Shown here in pieces: positions 29,824 to 37,483 of a stretch of DNA of 64,000 nt (within the stretch, counting starts at the first letter, position 1; every line of letters begins with the position of its first letter). Made by a program: the position numbers and the translations under genes. Under the pieces are notes generated by a model. That model was not told the DNA's origin and did not search any database. It was given only the letters and a program-made list of their open reading frames with translations. Where the stretch lies: positions 1 to 64,000 of the forward strand of contig JANRJK010000005.1 in NCBI GenBank assembly GCA_033764015.1, in the 5' to 3' direction. Source of the stretch: Candidatus Sumerlaeia bacterium. Its GTDB lineage: Bacteria > Sumerlaeota > Sumerlaeia > SLMS01 > JANRJK01.

Positions 29824-30966
29824 TCACCACGCAGCCGAAACACGACGCAGCGCATCGATTGCGCAGGAGATTTCCGCATCCGTCTGGTAGCCGTGCGGCG
29901 CGAGCCGCAGGAAACCCCGCCGGGCCACGCACACGACTCCTTCACGGGCGAGTGCTTCGGCCATGCGACCCATGTCGGCACCGCCGCGCATCGCGGCCAC
30001 GATGCCGCAGCGCTCCTCACGCCGCTCGGGCGAGACTACATGGAACCCAAGCTGGATCAACGCTTCCCGCAGCGCATCCACGTGTCCCTGGATAGTCGCT
30101 TCGATGCGGTCGATACCGCGATCAAGGAAGAGTTCGAGGGAGGCCCCGAATCCGAGGATGCCATCCACGTTTAGCGCGCCCTCCTCGAAGCGGCGCGCAT
30201 CCCGGCGCGGCGGCAGCGCATGGTCCTCGTAGTCGGTGAAGCGTTCGCGGCCGCGCCACGCGACCAGCGCGTCGTCGAGCTCGCCGATGGCTGCGGGGGC
30301 GACGTAGAGCAGGCCGCTGCCCTCGGGGCTGAGGAGCCACTTGTGCCCGCCCGCGCAAAGGAAATCCGCCCCGATGGCTCGGACATCGAGCGGGAACGCG
30401 CCGAGCGTCTGGATCGCATCCACGCAGAGGAGGGCGCCGTGCCGGCGGCAGAGCGAGCCGATGGCGGCAAGGTCCTGCCGCCAGCCGGTCGCGTAGTTGG
30501 CCGAGGCCACGGCGACGAGGCGGACCCCGCCCCGGCGTAGCCGCGCCTCCAGCTCGGAGAGGTCGTACCGGTAGGCGCGCTCGGGCCAGGTCCAGACCTC
30601 GGCGCCGAAGCGCCCGGCGGACTTCCAGCCGTACCAGTTCGCCGGGAACGTGGCGCCTTCCACCACGACCACATCGCCGGGCCGCCAGCGGATCGAGGTG
30701 GCGAGAAGCTGGAGGCCGTGGGTGGTTCCGCGGACGAAGGCGACGTCGTCCGGCGAGGCGGCGTTGAGGAGCTGCGCGGCGAGCACGCGGCATCGGCGTC
30801 CGCGCGCGGTCCAGCCCGGGTAGGCGGCGTAGCCGTACTCGGACGCCTCGCGCGCGTACTCGACGAGGGAGTCGCGCGCGGCGGCGGTCAGCGGCGACAC
30901 GCCGGCGTGGTTGAGGTAGACGGCGTTGCGCCGCGAGGGGAACTGCTCCGGGGCCCAGTCGTTCAC
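29824..30966 (-). CDS. class V PLP-dependent aminotransferase (cysteine desulfurase/kynureninase-like)
   Basis: YLNHAGVSP, VDAIQTLG, GGHKWLLSPEG, RRFEEG, RLAPH. Confidence 0.88.
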   Translation of the reverse strand: MNDWAPEQFPSRRNAVYLNHAGVSPLTAAARDSLVEYAREASEYGYAAYPGWTARGRRCRVLAAQLLNAASPDDVAFVRGTTHGLQLLATSIRWRPGDVVVVEGATFPANWYGWKSAGRFGAEVWTWPERAYRYDLSELEARLRRGGVRLVAVASANYATGWRQDLAAIGSLCRRHGALLCVDAIQTLGAFPLDVRAIGADFLCAGGHKWLLSPEGSGLLYVAPAAIGELDDALVAWRGRERFTDYEDHALPPRRDARRFEEGALNVDGILGFGASLELFLDRGIDRIEATIQGHVDALREALIQLGFHVVSPERREERCGIVAAMRGGADMGRMAEALAREGVVCVARRGFLRLAPHGYQTDAEISCAIDALRRVSAAW

Positions 30967-31048
30967 GGCGTCGCCTCGTTGGGGGATGCCGGGATGGTGC
31001 GTCGCGGCGGGGTCGCTGCGCAAGCGCGCCGCCCCCCCACCGCGGGGA

Positions 31049-31816
31049 TCAGTCCTCGCCGCGCTTCTCCCACTTCTTCATTTCGGTGAGCTGGAAGCGG
31101 AGCATGTCGGGGATCTGGCGCTCCCAGAAGTTCCAGTCGTGGGCGCCCTGGCGCTCGTGGTAGACGTGGCGCAGGTTGTAACGCTTGAGCCACTGGTCGA
31201 GCGACTTCGCCTCCTCCAAGAGGAAATCGCGGTCGCCGACGATCACCTGGAACTCGGGGGATGTGTTGGCGTCGAGCTGGGAGAGCAGGTTGAGCAGCGT
31301 CGTATCCTCGTCGATGGGGCTGCCGAAGATGTCCTGCCACGCCACGTTGCGGTCCGCCTCGCCGCCGCGTCGCGACTCGAGGACCGCGGGGGAGAGTGCG
31401 CTGACGGCGCAGAACTGCTCGGGGTACTTGGCCGCGAGGTAGAGCGCGCCGTAGCCCCCCATGGATAGGCCGGCGATGCCCTGCGCGAAGCGGTCGGAGC
31501 GGATCGGCAGCGTGGTTTCGAGGAGCGGAATCAGCTCCATCATGAGAGCCGTCTCGACGCCGCTCCGCCCGATGGGATCGCGATAGTAGGACACGTAGCC
31601 GTTCGGCATGGCGACCACGAGGGGATAGCCTTCGAGGTGGCGCTCGATGGCGGAGAAGCGCGTCCAGGCGGTGCAGTCGTCGGAGCGCCCGTGGAGCAGC
31701 AGCAGCAGGTTCCAGGGCGGCGGAACCTCGCGCGCGTCCGGAATCAGGAGTCGGCAGTCGGTCATGAAGCCGAGGGCGTTCGAGCGCCAGCGGAAGTCGG
31801 AGGAGATGACGGCCAT
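31049..31816 (-). CDS. alpha/beta-hydrolase esterase (tributyrin esterase/S-formylglutathione hydrolase-like)
   Basis: LLLLHG, GLSMGG nucleophile elbow, GAHDWNFW. Confidence 0.88.
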   Translation of the reverse strand: MAVISSDFRWRSNALGFMTDCRLLIPDAREVPPPWNLLLLLHGRSDDCTAWTRFSAIERHLEGYPLVVAMPNGYVSYYRDPIGRSGVETALMMELIPLLETTLPIRSDRFAQGIAGLSMGGYGALYLAAKYPEQFCAVSALSPAVLESRRGGEADRNVAWQDIFGSPIDEDTTLLNLLSQLDANTSPEFQVIVGDRDFLLEEAKSLDQWLKRYNLRHVYHERQGAHDWNFWERQIPDMLRFQLTEMKKWEKRGED

Positions 31817-31840
31817 TGCGGGCCTCCTTCTGGGGTGGGG

Positions 31841-32809
31841 TCAGAGTCGCGGCCGGCGGACCGCGTCCTTGGACGCGGGGGGGCGGACCAGGCTCGGCAG
31901 GATGCGCTTCCCGAGCGCCGAGCCGATGAGCTTCATGGCGACCTGCGCCGTCATGTTGCGTTCGTCGTAGAGGGGATTGATCTCGACCATGTCCATCGAC
32001 AGGAGCTGGCCCGTGTCGGCGACCAGTTCCAAGGCGAGGTGCGCCTCGCGATAGGTCAGTCCGCCGAGGACCGGCGTTCCGACTCCGGGGGCGACCTGTG
32101 GATCGACCGAGTCGATGTCGAAGCTGAGGTGGAAGCCGACGGTGCCGCGGGTGACGACCTCGATAGCATCGTGCATGACCGCGTTGAGGCCGCGTTCGTC
32201 GATGTCCCGCATCGTGAAGTAGCGGACGCCGCTCGCCTCGATGAGGCGTGCCTCGTCGGCGTCGATGTCGCGGATTCCGACGAGGGCGGTGTTCTCGCGG
32301 CGCACCTTGGGGGAGAAGCCGGCGATCTCGGTGAGTTCCGGTGCCCCGAGGCCGATGCACGCGGCTAGCGGCATCCCGTGGACGCCGCCGCTGGGGGTCG
32401 TCTCGGGTGTGTTCATGTCGCCGTGCGCGTCGATCCAAAGCAGGCCAAGGCGCTCGCCGTGGCGCTGGCAGTAGCTGGCGCTTCCCGCCACCGTGCCGAT
32501 GGCGATGGAGTGGTCGCCTCCGATGACGAGGGGGAAGTGCTTATGGTTCAGCGCGCCGAGCTGCCACTCCGACAGGCGCTGGCACAGGTCGGAGATCTCT
32601 TGCAGGTGGATCGCCTTCGGGTTGCCCGGGTCCTTGCGTTCGTGGACCGGGAAAGTGCCGCAGTCGTCGAGTTCGTGGCCCAGCCCGAGGATTTCGCGCT
32701 GGAGCCCTGTTGCGCAGAGCGCCCTGTAGCCGCCCTCGGCCCCGTAGCGGTGCGTTCCGAGGCTGGAGGGGACGCCGAGTAGGCGGACGTGGCGTGGGGC
32801 GGTGCTCAT
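31841..32809 (-). CDS. rocF: arginase
   Basis: GGDHSIA, DAHGDMNTPETTPSG.VHGM, SFDIDSVDP, PGVGTPV.GGLTYRE, EINP. Confidence 0.95.
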   Translation of the reverse strand: MSTAPRHVRLLGVPSSLGTHRYGAEGGYRALCATGLQREILGLGHELDDCGTFPVHERKDPGNPKAIHLQEISDLCQRLSEWQLGALNHKHFPLVIGGDHSIAIGTVAGSASYCQRHGERLGLLWIDAHGDMNTPETTPSGGVHGMPLAACIGLGAPELTEIAGFSPKVRRENTALVGIRDIDADEARLIEASGVRYFTMRDIDERGLNAVMHDAIEVVTRGTVGFHLSFDIDSVDPQVAPGVGTPVLGGLTYREAHLALELVADTGQLLSMDMVEINPLYDERNMTAQVAMKLIGSALGKRILPSLVRPPASKDAVRRPRL

Positions 32810-32907
32810 GTGCTCGGCCTGTTCGGAAATCGGCTTATCAAGCGCTTGAATAGCGCCGCGCGAGCAGTGGCGCAACGGTCAACTTGGCGGCGGCGGCAGC
32901 CGCGCGG

Positions 32908-33348
32908 TCAGTCGTCGAGCAACCTCGCCAGATCGAGCAGGTCCTGCGGCCGGCCGCTGGCCCGCTTGTTCGTGATCAGGTCCGCCTTCGAGATGATGAA
33001 GATGGGCACGCCGCCATAGGTGGCCTCGACGCGGTTCGGCCACGCCTCCTCGAAGGCGACGCCATCAATCGTCGTGAGGATGTCGATCCGGTTGGGGGGG
33101 ACGCCGAACTGGATCACGTTGTCCGGCTCGGTGAAGTCGGCCGTGGAAAGCTGCGAAACCGGCGCACCGAACCGCTTCAGCGCCCGGAGGATTCGCCCGG
33201 CGTTCTCTGGGTTTCGCGCCACCCAGAGGTCGAAGTCCTTCGTGTATCTGGGCTCCGCAAAATGCATGTAGGCGTAAGCCCCCACCACAAGGCACTCAAC
33301 GGCTTCGCTTGAAAACGCGGACAACAGATCTCTGAAGTCGATGTTCAA
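32908..33348 (-). CDS. nucleotidyltransferase-fold protein (possible TA component)
   Basis: VVGAYA, PRYTKDFDLW (DxD), RIDIL, NKRASGRPQDLLD; TTG start overlapping the upstream small ORF. Confidence 0.8.
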   Translation of the reverse strand: MNIDFRDLLSAFSSEAVECLVVGAYAYMHFAEPRYTKDFDLWVARNPENAGRILRALKRFGAPVSQLSTADFTEPDNVIQFGVPPNRIDILTTIDGVAFEEAWPNRVEATYGGVPIFIISKADLITNKRASGRPQDLLDLARLLDD

Positions 33349-33511
33349 CCGGCTCCTGCCCCCTCATGAGATAGACCTCATCGAGCATTTGCCAAGCGGC
33401 TTCCCAGCGCCCTTCGACCCCCGCTTCGCGCCAGAAGCGGCGGTCGAACTCCTTTTCGGCTTCGCCGCGTTTCACGACTCGACATTGAACGACGCGGGGC
33501 TTGTCGGACAC
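33296..33511 (-). CDS. small hypothetical protein, partner of the nucleotidyltransferase
   Basis: 71 aa; FDRRFW..AG.E.RWEAAWQM..RLQRSV; overlaps the NTase start. Confidence 0.7.
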   Translation of the reverse strand: MSDKPRVVQCRVVKRGEAEKEFDRRFWREAGVEGRWEAAWQMLDEVYLMRGQEPVEHRLQRSVVRVFKRSR

Positions 33512-33634
33512 TTGGGGCTCTCCGGGCGATGGATGCTGCATGAATGGTCGCCGGTGACCGCCGGAAAGTCAACGCCCCGCAGAAGCGCCGCGCGCCCCGG
33601 AGCGGTGTGCTCCGGGGCGCGCGGGGAAACCTGC

Positions 33635-33725
33635 TGGAGGTGGGAGAGGGATTCGAACCCTCGAATGGCTGTTAACCATTACTCGCTTTCGAGGCGAGCG
33701 CCTTCAACCACTCGGCCATCCCACC
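33635..33725 (-). tRNA. tRNA-Ser(CGA)
   Basis: Reverse complement GGTGGGATGGCCGAGTGGTTGAAGGCGCTCGC-CTCGAAA-GCGAGTAATGGTTAACAGCCATTCGAGGGTTCGAATCCCTCTCCCACCTCCA; anticodon CGA, long variable arm, encoded CCA. Confidence 0.96.
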
Positions 33726-33896
33726 TTTGGGGGCGCCGGAAGGGCGCCCGCACGGCAAGCGGCAAGGATGTTTCCGGGCCCACGCAGGTCAACGGCTAAG
33801 TAGCGCCAACGACCCCGGCCAGATACACGCCAACGGCCATCGCACTTAGCCCTCTTTGGGCCTTGACTACTCTCCGGGACCCTCGGTAGACCTCCA

Positions 33897-34367
33897 TTGA
33901 AGAATGCTTTCCTCCGCCTCGTCTTTCTGGCGCTCGGCATTTTGGCGCTGCTCGCCGCCCCTGCTTCGGGATGGCGTCCGCTTCCCGACTGCGCGTCCAT
34001 GGCGATGCCGACGGCGCCTCAGCACGCGGGCGGCTGTTGCGGTGGTGGAGGCGACGAGGCCTGCGGCGAGCCGCTGGCGGAACAGCTCCATCATGATTGC
34101 TGCGCGCCGATGGAGGCGTTCGGCACCCCCGCGCCCGACTGTCCGATGGCGTGCTGTCAAGTTTCCGCGGAATTGGACTTGTCGGACTCCCCGCAGCGAC
34201 GCTTGGAACAGCCGTCCGCGGCGCACGCGCTACCCGGCGCACCGTGCGATGAGGTGTTGTGGTTTGAAGATCCTGGACAGCCTTTCGCCCCCATTGCCCA
34301 TTCGGCGCACGCGCCGCCTCTGGCGAGGCGCGCCGCACCCCGGGGTCCGCCGCAAGTCTCCTGCTAG
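33897..34367 (+). CDS. DUF2946/CutF/CruR-like metal-binding leader protein with C-terminal RGPP arrest motif
   Basis: Signal peptide MKNAFLRLVFLALGILALLAAPASG; 11 Cys, 6 His, several Met incl. CPMAC (CxxxC); ends ...AAPRGPPQVSC*. Confidence 0.7.
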   Translation: MKNAFLRLVFLALGILALLAAPASGWRPLPDCASMAMPTAPQHAGGCCGGGGDEACGEPLAEQLHHDCCAPMEAFGTPAPDCPMACCQVSAELDLSDSPQRRLEQPSAAHALPGAPCDEVLWFEDPGQPFAPIAHSAHAPPLARRAAPRGPPQVSC

Positions 34368-34433
34368 AAGCCGCTCGATCCTGCCCGGGCCCGAGAAGGG
34401 CCGCGCTATCGACCCCGTGTTTCCCAAGGAGAC
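34356..34433 (+). promoter_or_regulatory. SD-sequestering RNA hairpin (translational attenuator)
   Basis: GTCTCCT(34356-62) pairs with AGGAGAC(34427-33, SD); nested GAAGC/GTTTC, TCGAT/ATCGA and GGCCC-GAGAA-GGGCC. Confidence 0.7.
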
Positions 34434-34439
34434 GCCAAC

Positions 34440-34769
34440 ATGTTCAGCAAGATGCTCGTCCTTTCCGCGGCCTTCGTATTGGCCGCGATCGCCACGCCCG
34501 CGGGCGAGGCCGCCAAGTGCTGCGCCAAGGACTGCTGCAAGACCGAGTGCTGCGCCAAGTGCACCTGCAAGGACGGCTGCTGCAAGGCCGGCAAGTGCGC
34601 CGAGGACTGCGCCTGCTGCTGCGCGGACGCGGCCTGCAAGGCGGAGTGCTGCAAGGACGGAAAGTGCTGCGGCGCGGATTGCTCGTGCAAGGATGCCGCC
34701 GCGGACTGCTGCAAGCCGAAGCAGGGCGACGCCAAGAAGCCCTGCTGCGGCGACAAGTGCGGCGGCTGA
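34440..34769 (+). CDS. exported metallothionein-like Cys/Lys-rich protein
   Basis: AGGAG SD; signal peptide MFSKMLVLSAAFVLAAIATPAGEA; 27 Cys in the ~85-aa mature part as CC, CCC and CxC; no aromatic residues or His in the mature part; strongly host-like codons (tgc, aag). Confidence 0.85.
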   Translation: MFSKMLVLSAAFVLAAIATPAGEAAKCCAKDCCKTECCAKCTCKDGCCKAGKCAEDCACCCADAACKAECCKDGKCCGADCSCKDAAADCCKPKQGDAKKPCCGDKCGG

Positions 34770-34795
34770 TTCTTCCGCCGGCCCCGCCTAGCCAT

Positions 34796-34836
34796 GGCGC
34801 CCCCGGGAGCGAGCGCTCCCGGGGGCGCCGCTTTTT
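34796..34836 (+). terminator. intrinsic terminator after the metallothionein-like gene
   Basis: 15-bp perfect stem ggcgcccccgggagc/gctcccgggggcgcc, GAGC loop, followed by gcTTTTT. Confidence 0.85.
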
Positions 34837-35071
34837 GCCCTTCCCCGCGGCTAGGGCCGCATTGCGGGGATACCCGTCGACCCGCTCCCCTGGGCATCTT
34901 TTCGGGCCGCCATCAAGAGAAACCTCGCAGGAGCCGCGCTTCGGTTGGGGTCGGCGGGGTGCTTCAAACCCTGCTTGCCAGTGTGCGGTCGGCTCGTAAG
35001 CTGGCGCCCGTCACCAGATGGCGCCCAACGCCACGCGCCCCTGTCCGGCGCCAAGACAAAGGAGCAATCCC

Positions 35072-36067
35072 GTGAAGAACTTCCTCCGCGCCGCCGCCGC
35101 AATGGCCGCGCTCGCCGCCCTCTTCTCCGCGCCCGCCGTGGCCGACGACAAGTCCCCCGCCGCCGCGCAAGCCGAGGAGCGCATCCTCACGATCGGCGAT
35201 CCGGCGCCCAAGATGGACATCGCCGAGTGGGTGAAGGGCGAGCCGGTGAAGGCCTTCGAGCCCGGCAAGGTCTACGTGGTCGAGTTCTGGGCGACCTGGT
35301 GCGGTCCGTGCATCCGCTCCATGCCCCACCTGACGGAGTTGCAGAAGCAGTACAAGGACAAGGGCGTCACGGTCATCGGCGTGACCAGCGAGGACCCCGG
35401 CAACACGCTGGAGGCGGTGAACAAGATGGTCGCCGACAAGGGCGACACGATGTCCTACACCGTGGCGTGGGACAATGCGCGCAACACGAGCGCGAACTTC
35501 ATGGAAGCGGCGCGCCAGCGCGGCATCCCGACGTCCTTCGTCGTGGACCAGCAGGGCAAGATCGCCTACATCGGCCACCCGATGAGCTTGGACGAGCCCT
35601 TGGCCAAGATCGTCGCCGGCGAGTGGGATCCGGCGGCTGCTAAGGCGCAGAAGGACCGCGAGGAGCGCCTGAACGCCTCGATGACCGAGTTCGCGGAGGC
35701 GGCCCAGTCGGGCGAGGGTGCCAAGGCGATGCAGTTGGCGAAGGCGCTCTTCGAGGGCGACGCGAAGGACGAGTCCGGCGCGCTGAACTGGATCGCCTGG
35801 GTGATCGTGGACCCGGAAAGCCCGATCACCGAGAAGGATTACGCGTTCGCGGTCAAGGTGGCGGAGCGCGCCTCGGAGCTGGAGAAGGGCAAGAGCGCGG
35901 AAATCCTCGACACGCTCGCGCACGCCTACGCCGGAGCGGGCGACCTCGCGAAGGCGGTCGCGACGCAGGAGCAGGCGGTCGCCGCCGCGGACGACGAGGA
36001 GATGAAGAAGCAGCTCGCGGAGTCGCTGGAGAAGTTCAAGTCCCGCCTCGGCAAGGGCGGAGAGTAA
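35072..36067 (+). CDS. exported TlpA/ResA-like thiol-disulfide redoxin with C-terminal TPR-like helices
   Basis: AAGGAG SD + GTG; signal peptide; EFWATWCGPC, GIPTSFVVD (cis-Pro loop); LNWIAW, ILDTLAHAY. Confidence 0.9.
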   Translation: MKNFLRAAAAMAALAALFSAPAVADDKSPAAAQAEERILTIGDPAPKMDIAEWVKGEPVKAFEPGKVYVVEFWATWCGPCIRSMPHLTELQKQYKDKGVTVIGVTSEDPGNTLEAVNKMVADKGDTMSYTVAWDNARNTSANFMEAARQRGIPTSFVVDQQGKIAYIGHPMSLDEPLAKIVAGEWDPAAAKAQKDREERLNASMTEFAEAAQSGEGAKAMQLAKALFEGDAKDESGALNWIAWVIVDPESPITEKDYAFAVKVAERASELEKGKSAEILDTLAHAYAGAGDLAKAVATQEQAVAAADDEEMKKQLAESLEKFKSRLGKGGE

Positions 36068-36088
36068 ACCGGACCCATCGGAGACGAA

Positions 36089-37483
36089 ATGAGCGCGGAT
36101 ACCGCCCCGGCCGTCGCGGCCCCCCAGCTTCCACCCTGCGACCACACACCGCGGGCCTATTCCGGACCGACGTGGGAGGAGGCGCTTGCGCTCCGCAAGC
36201 GCTTCCTCACGCCGACTCACTTCCACATCTACGGCGAGCCGATGATGCTCGTCGAAGGACACCGGCAGTACGTCTGGGACCATGAGGGCCGTCGCTACCT
36301 CGACTTCTACGCGGGGATCGTGACGGCCTCGGTGGGGCACTCGCATCCGAAGGTGCTCGCCGCGGTCAAGGACCAGCTCGACCTGATCCAGCACGTGCCG
36401 ACGATCTACCTGCACCCGGCGATCGGCGAGCTGGGCGAGGCGGTGGCCAAGCGCGTCCCGAAGGAAATGGGCGACGTGGTCACCTACTTCGTGAACAGCG
36501 GCAGCGAGGCGAACGACATCGCGCTGGTCGCCTCGCGCGTGTACACGGGGAACTGGACCATGCTGGCGCTGCGCAACGCGTACCACGGCGCCGTGGGACA
36601 CACCATGGGCCTCACCAGCCCGCATGTCTGGAAGTACAACATGCCGCACCAGGACGGCATGATCCACGTCGCCAACCCCGACCCCTACCGGGCGATCTAT
36701 CCCGGGACGCCGGAGGAGATCGCGGCGTGCTGCGTGCGCGACGTGGAGGACGTCATCAAGTTCTCCACATCGGGCGACCTGGCCGGCATCATCATCGAGC
36801 CGTGGACCGGCGTGGGCGGCGTCACCAGCGGCCACCCGAGCTACTTCAAGAGCGTCGCGGAGGTCGTCCGCCGGCATGGGGGCCTGTACATCAGCGACGA
36901 GGTGCAGACGGCGTTCGGCCGCACCGGCGAGCATTACTGGGGTGTGCAGAATTTCGGCGTGGTGCCGGACATCATCACGACCGCGAAGGGCCTCGGCTGC
37001 GGAACACCGATCGGCGCGGTGGTGATGAAGCGCGAGATCGCGCAGGCGCTCGCGACGAAGATCCACTTCAGCACCTTCGGCGGCAACCCGGTCACCTGCG
37101 CGCAGGCGAAGGCGGTCCTCGAAGTGATGGACGAGGAACGGATGCAGGAGAACTGCCACCGGCTCGGCGGGATCTTCCGCAAGGGGCTGGAGGAGTTGCA
37201 GCGCCACCATCCGATCATCGGCGACATCCGCGGAAAGGGCCTGATGGTGGGCGTCGAGCTGGTGAAGAACCGCGCGACGAAGGAGCCCACCAAGGAAGGC
37301 ACCGGCACGGTGGTCGAGGTGGTCCGCGACCTCGGCGCGCTCATCGGCCGCGGCGGCCTCTACGGGAACGTGCTCCGCTTGAAGCCGCCCATGTGCGTCA
37401 CGGAGGCGGACGTGGAGTTCCTCCTCGATTGCCTGGACATCGCGTTCGGGGAAGCGGAGCGGCGCCACGGCATCGCCGGTTGA
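36089..37483 (+). CDS. class III PLP aminotransferase (AGXT2/beta-alanine-pyruvate-like)
   Basis: YLDFYAGIVT, SGSEAND, YHG, DEVQTAFGRTG, TAKGLG, TFGGNP, LRLKPP. Confidence 0.9.
   Translation: MSADTAPAVAAPQLPPCDHTPRAYSGPTWEEALALRKRFLTPTHFHIYGEPMMLVEGHRQYVWDHEGRRYLDFYAGIVTASVGHSHPKVLAAVKDQLDLIQHVPTIYLHPAIGELGEAVAKRVPKEMGDVVTYFVNSGSEANDIALVASRVYTGNWTMLALRNAYHGAVGHTMGLTSPHVWKYNMPHQDGMIHVANPDPYRAIYPGTPEEIAACCVRDVEDVIKFSTSGDLAGIIIEPWTGVGGVTSGHPSYFKSVAEVVRRHGGLYISDEVQTAFGRTGEHYWGVQNFGVVPDIITTAKGLGCGTPIGAVVMKREIAQALATKIHFSTFGGNPVTCAQAKAVLEVMDEERMQENCHRLGGIFRKGLEELQRHHPIIGDIRGKGLMVGVELVKNRATKEPTKEGTGTVVEVVRDLGALIGRGGLYGNVLRLKPPMCVTEADVEFLLDCLDIAFGEAERRHGIAG

Noticed and set aside
33560..33635. Integrated element att site at the tRNA-Ser or tRNA-Leu 3' end
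   Set aside because: No duplicated tRNA 3' fragment or integrase noticed in the window
34440..34769. Cys-rich ORF as a RiPP/ranthipeptide precursor
   Set aside because: No adjacent radical SAM/SPASM, YcaO or LanM maturase or transporter; it has a Sec-type signal peptide and MT-like composition instead
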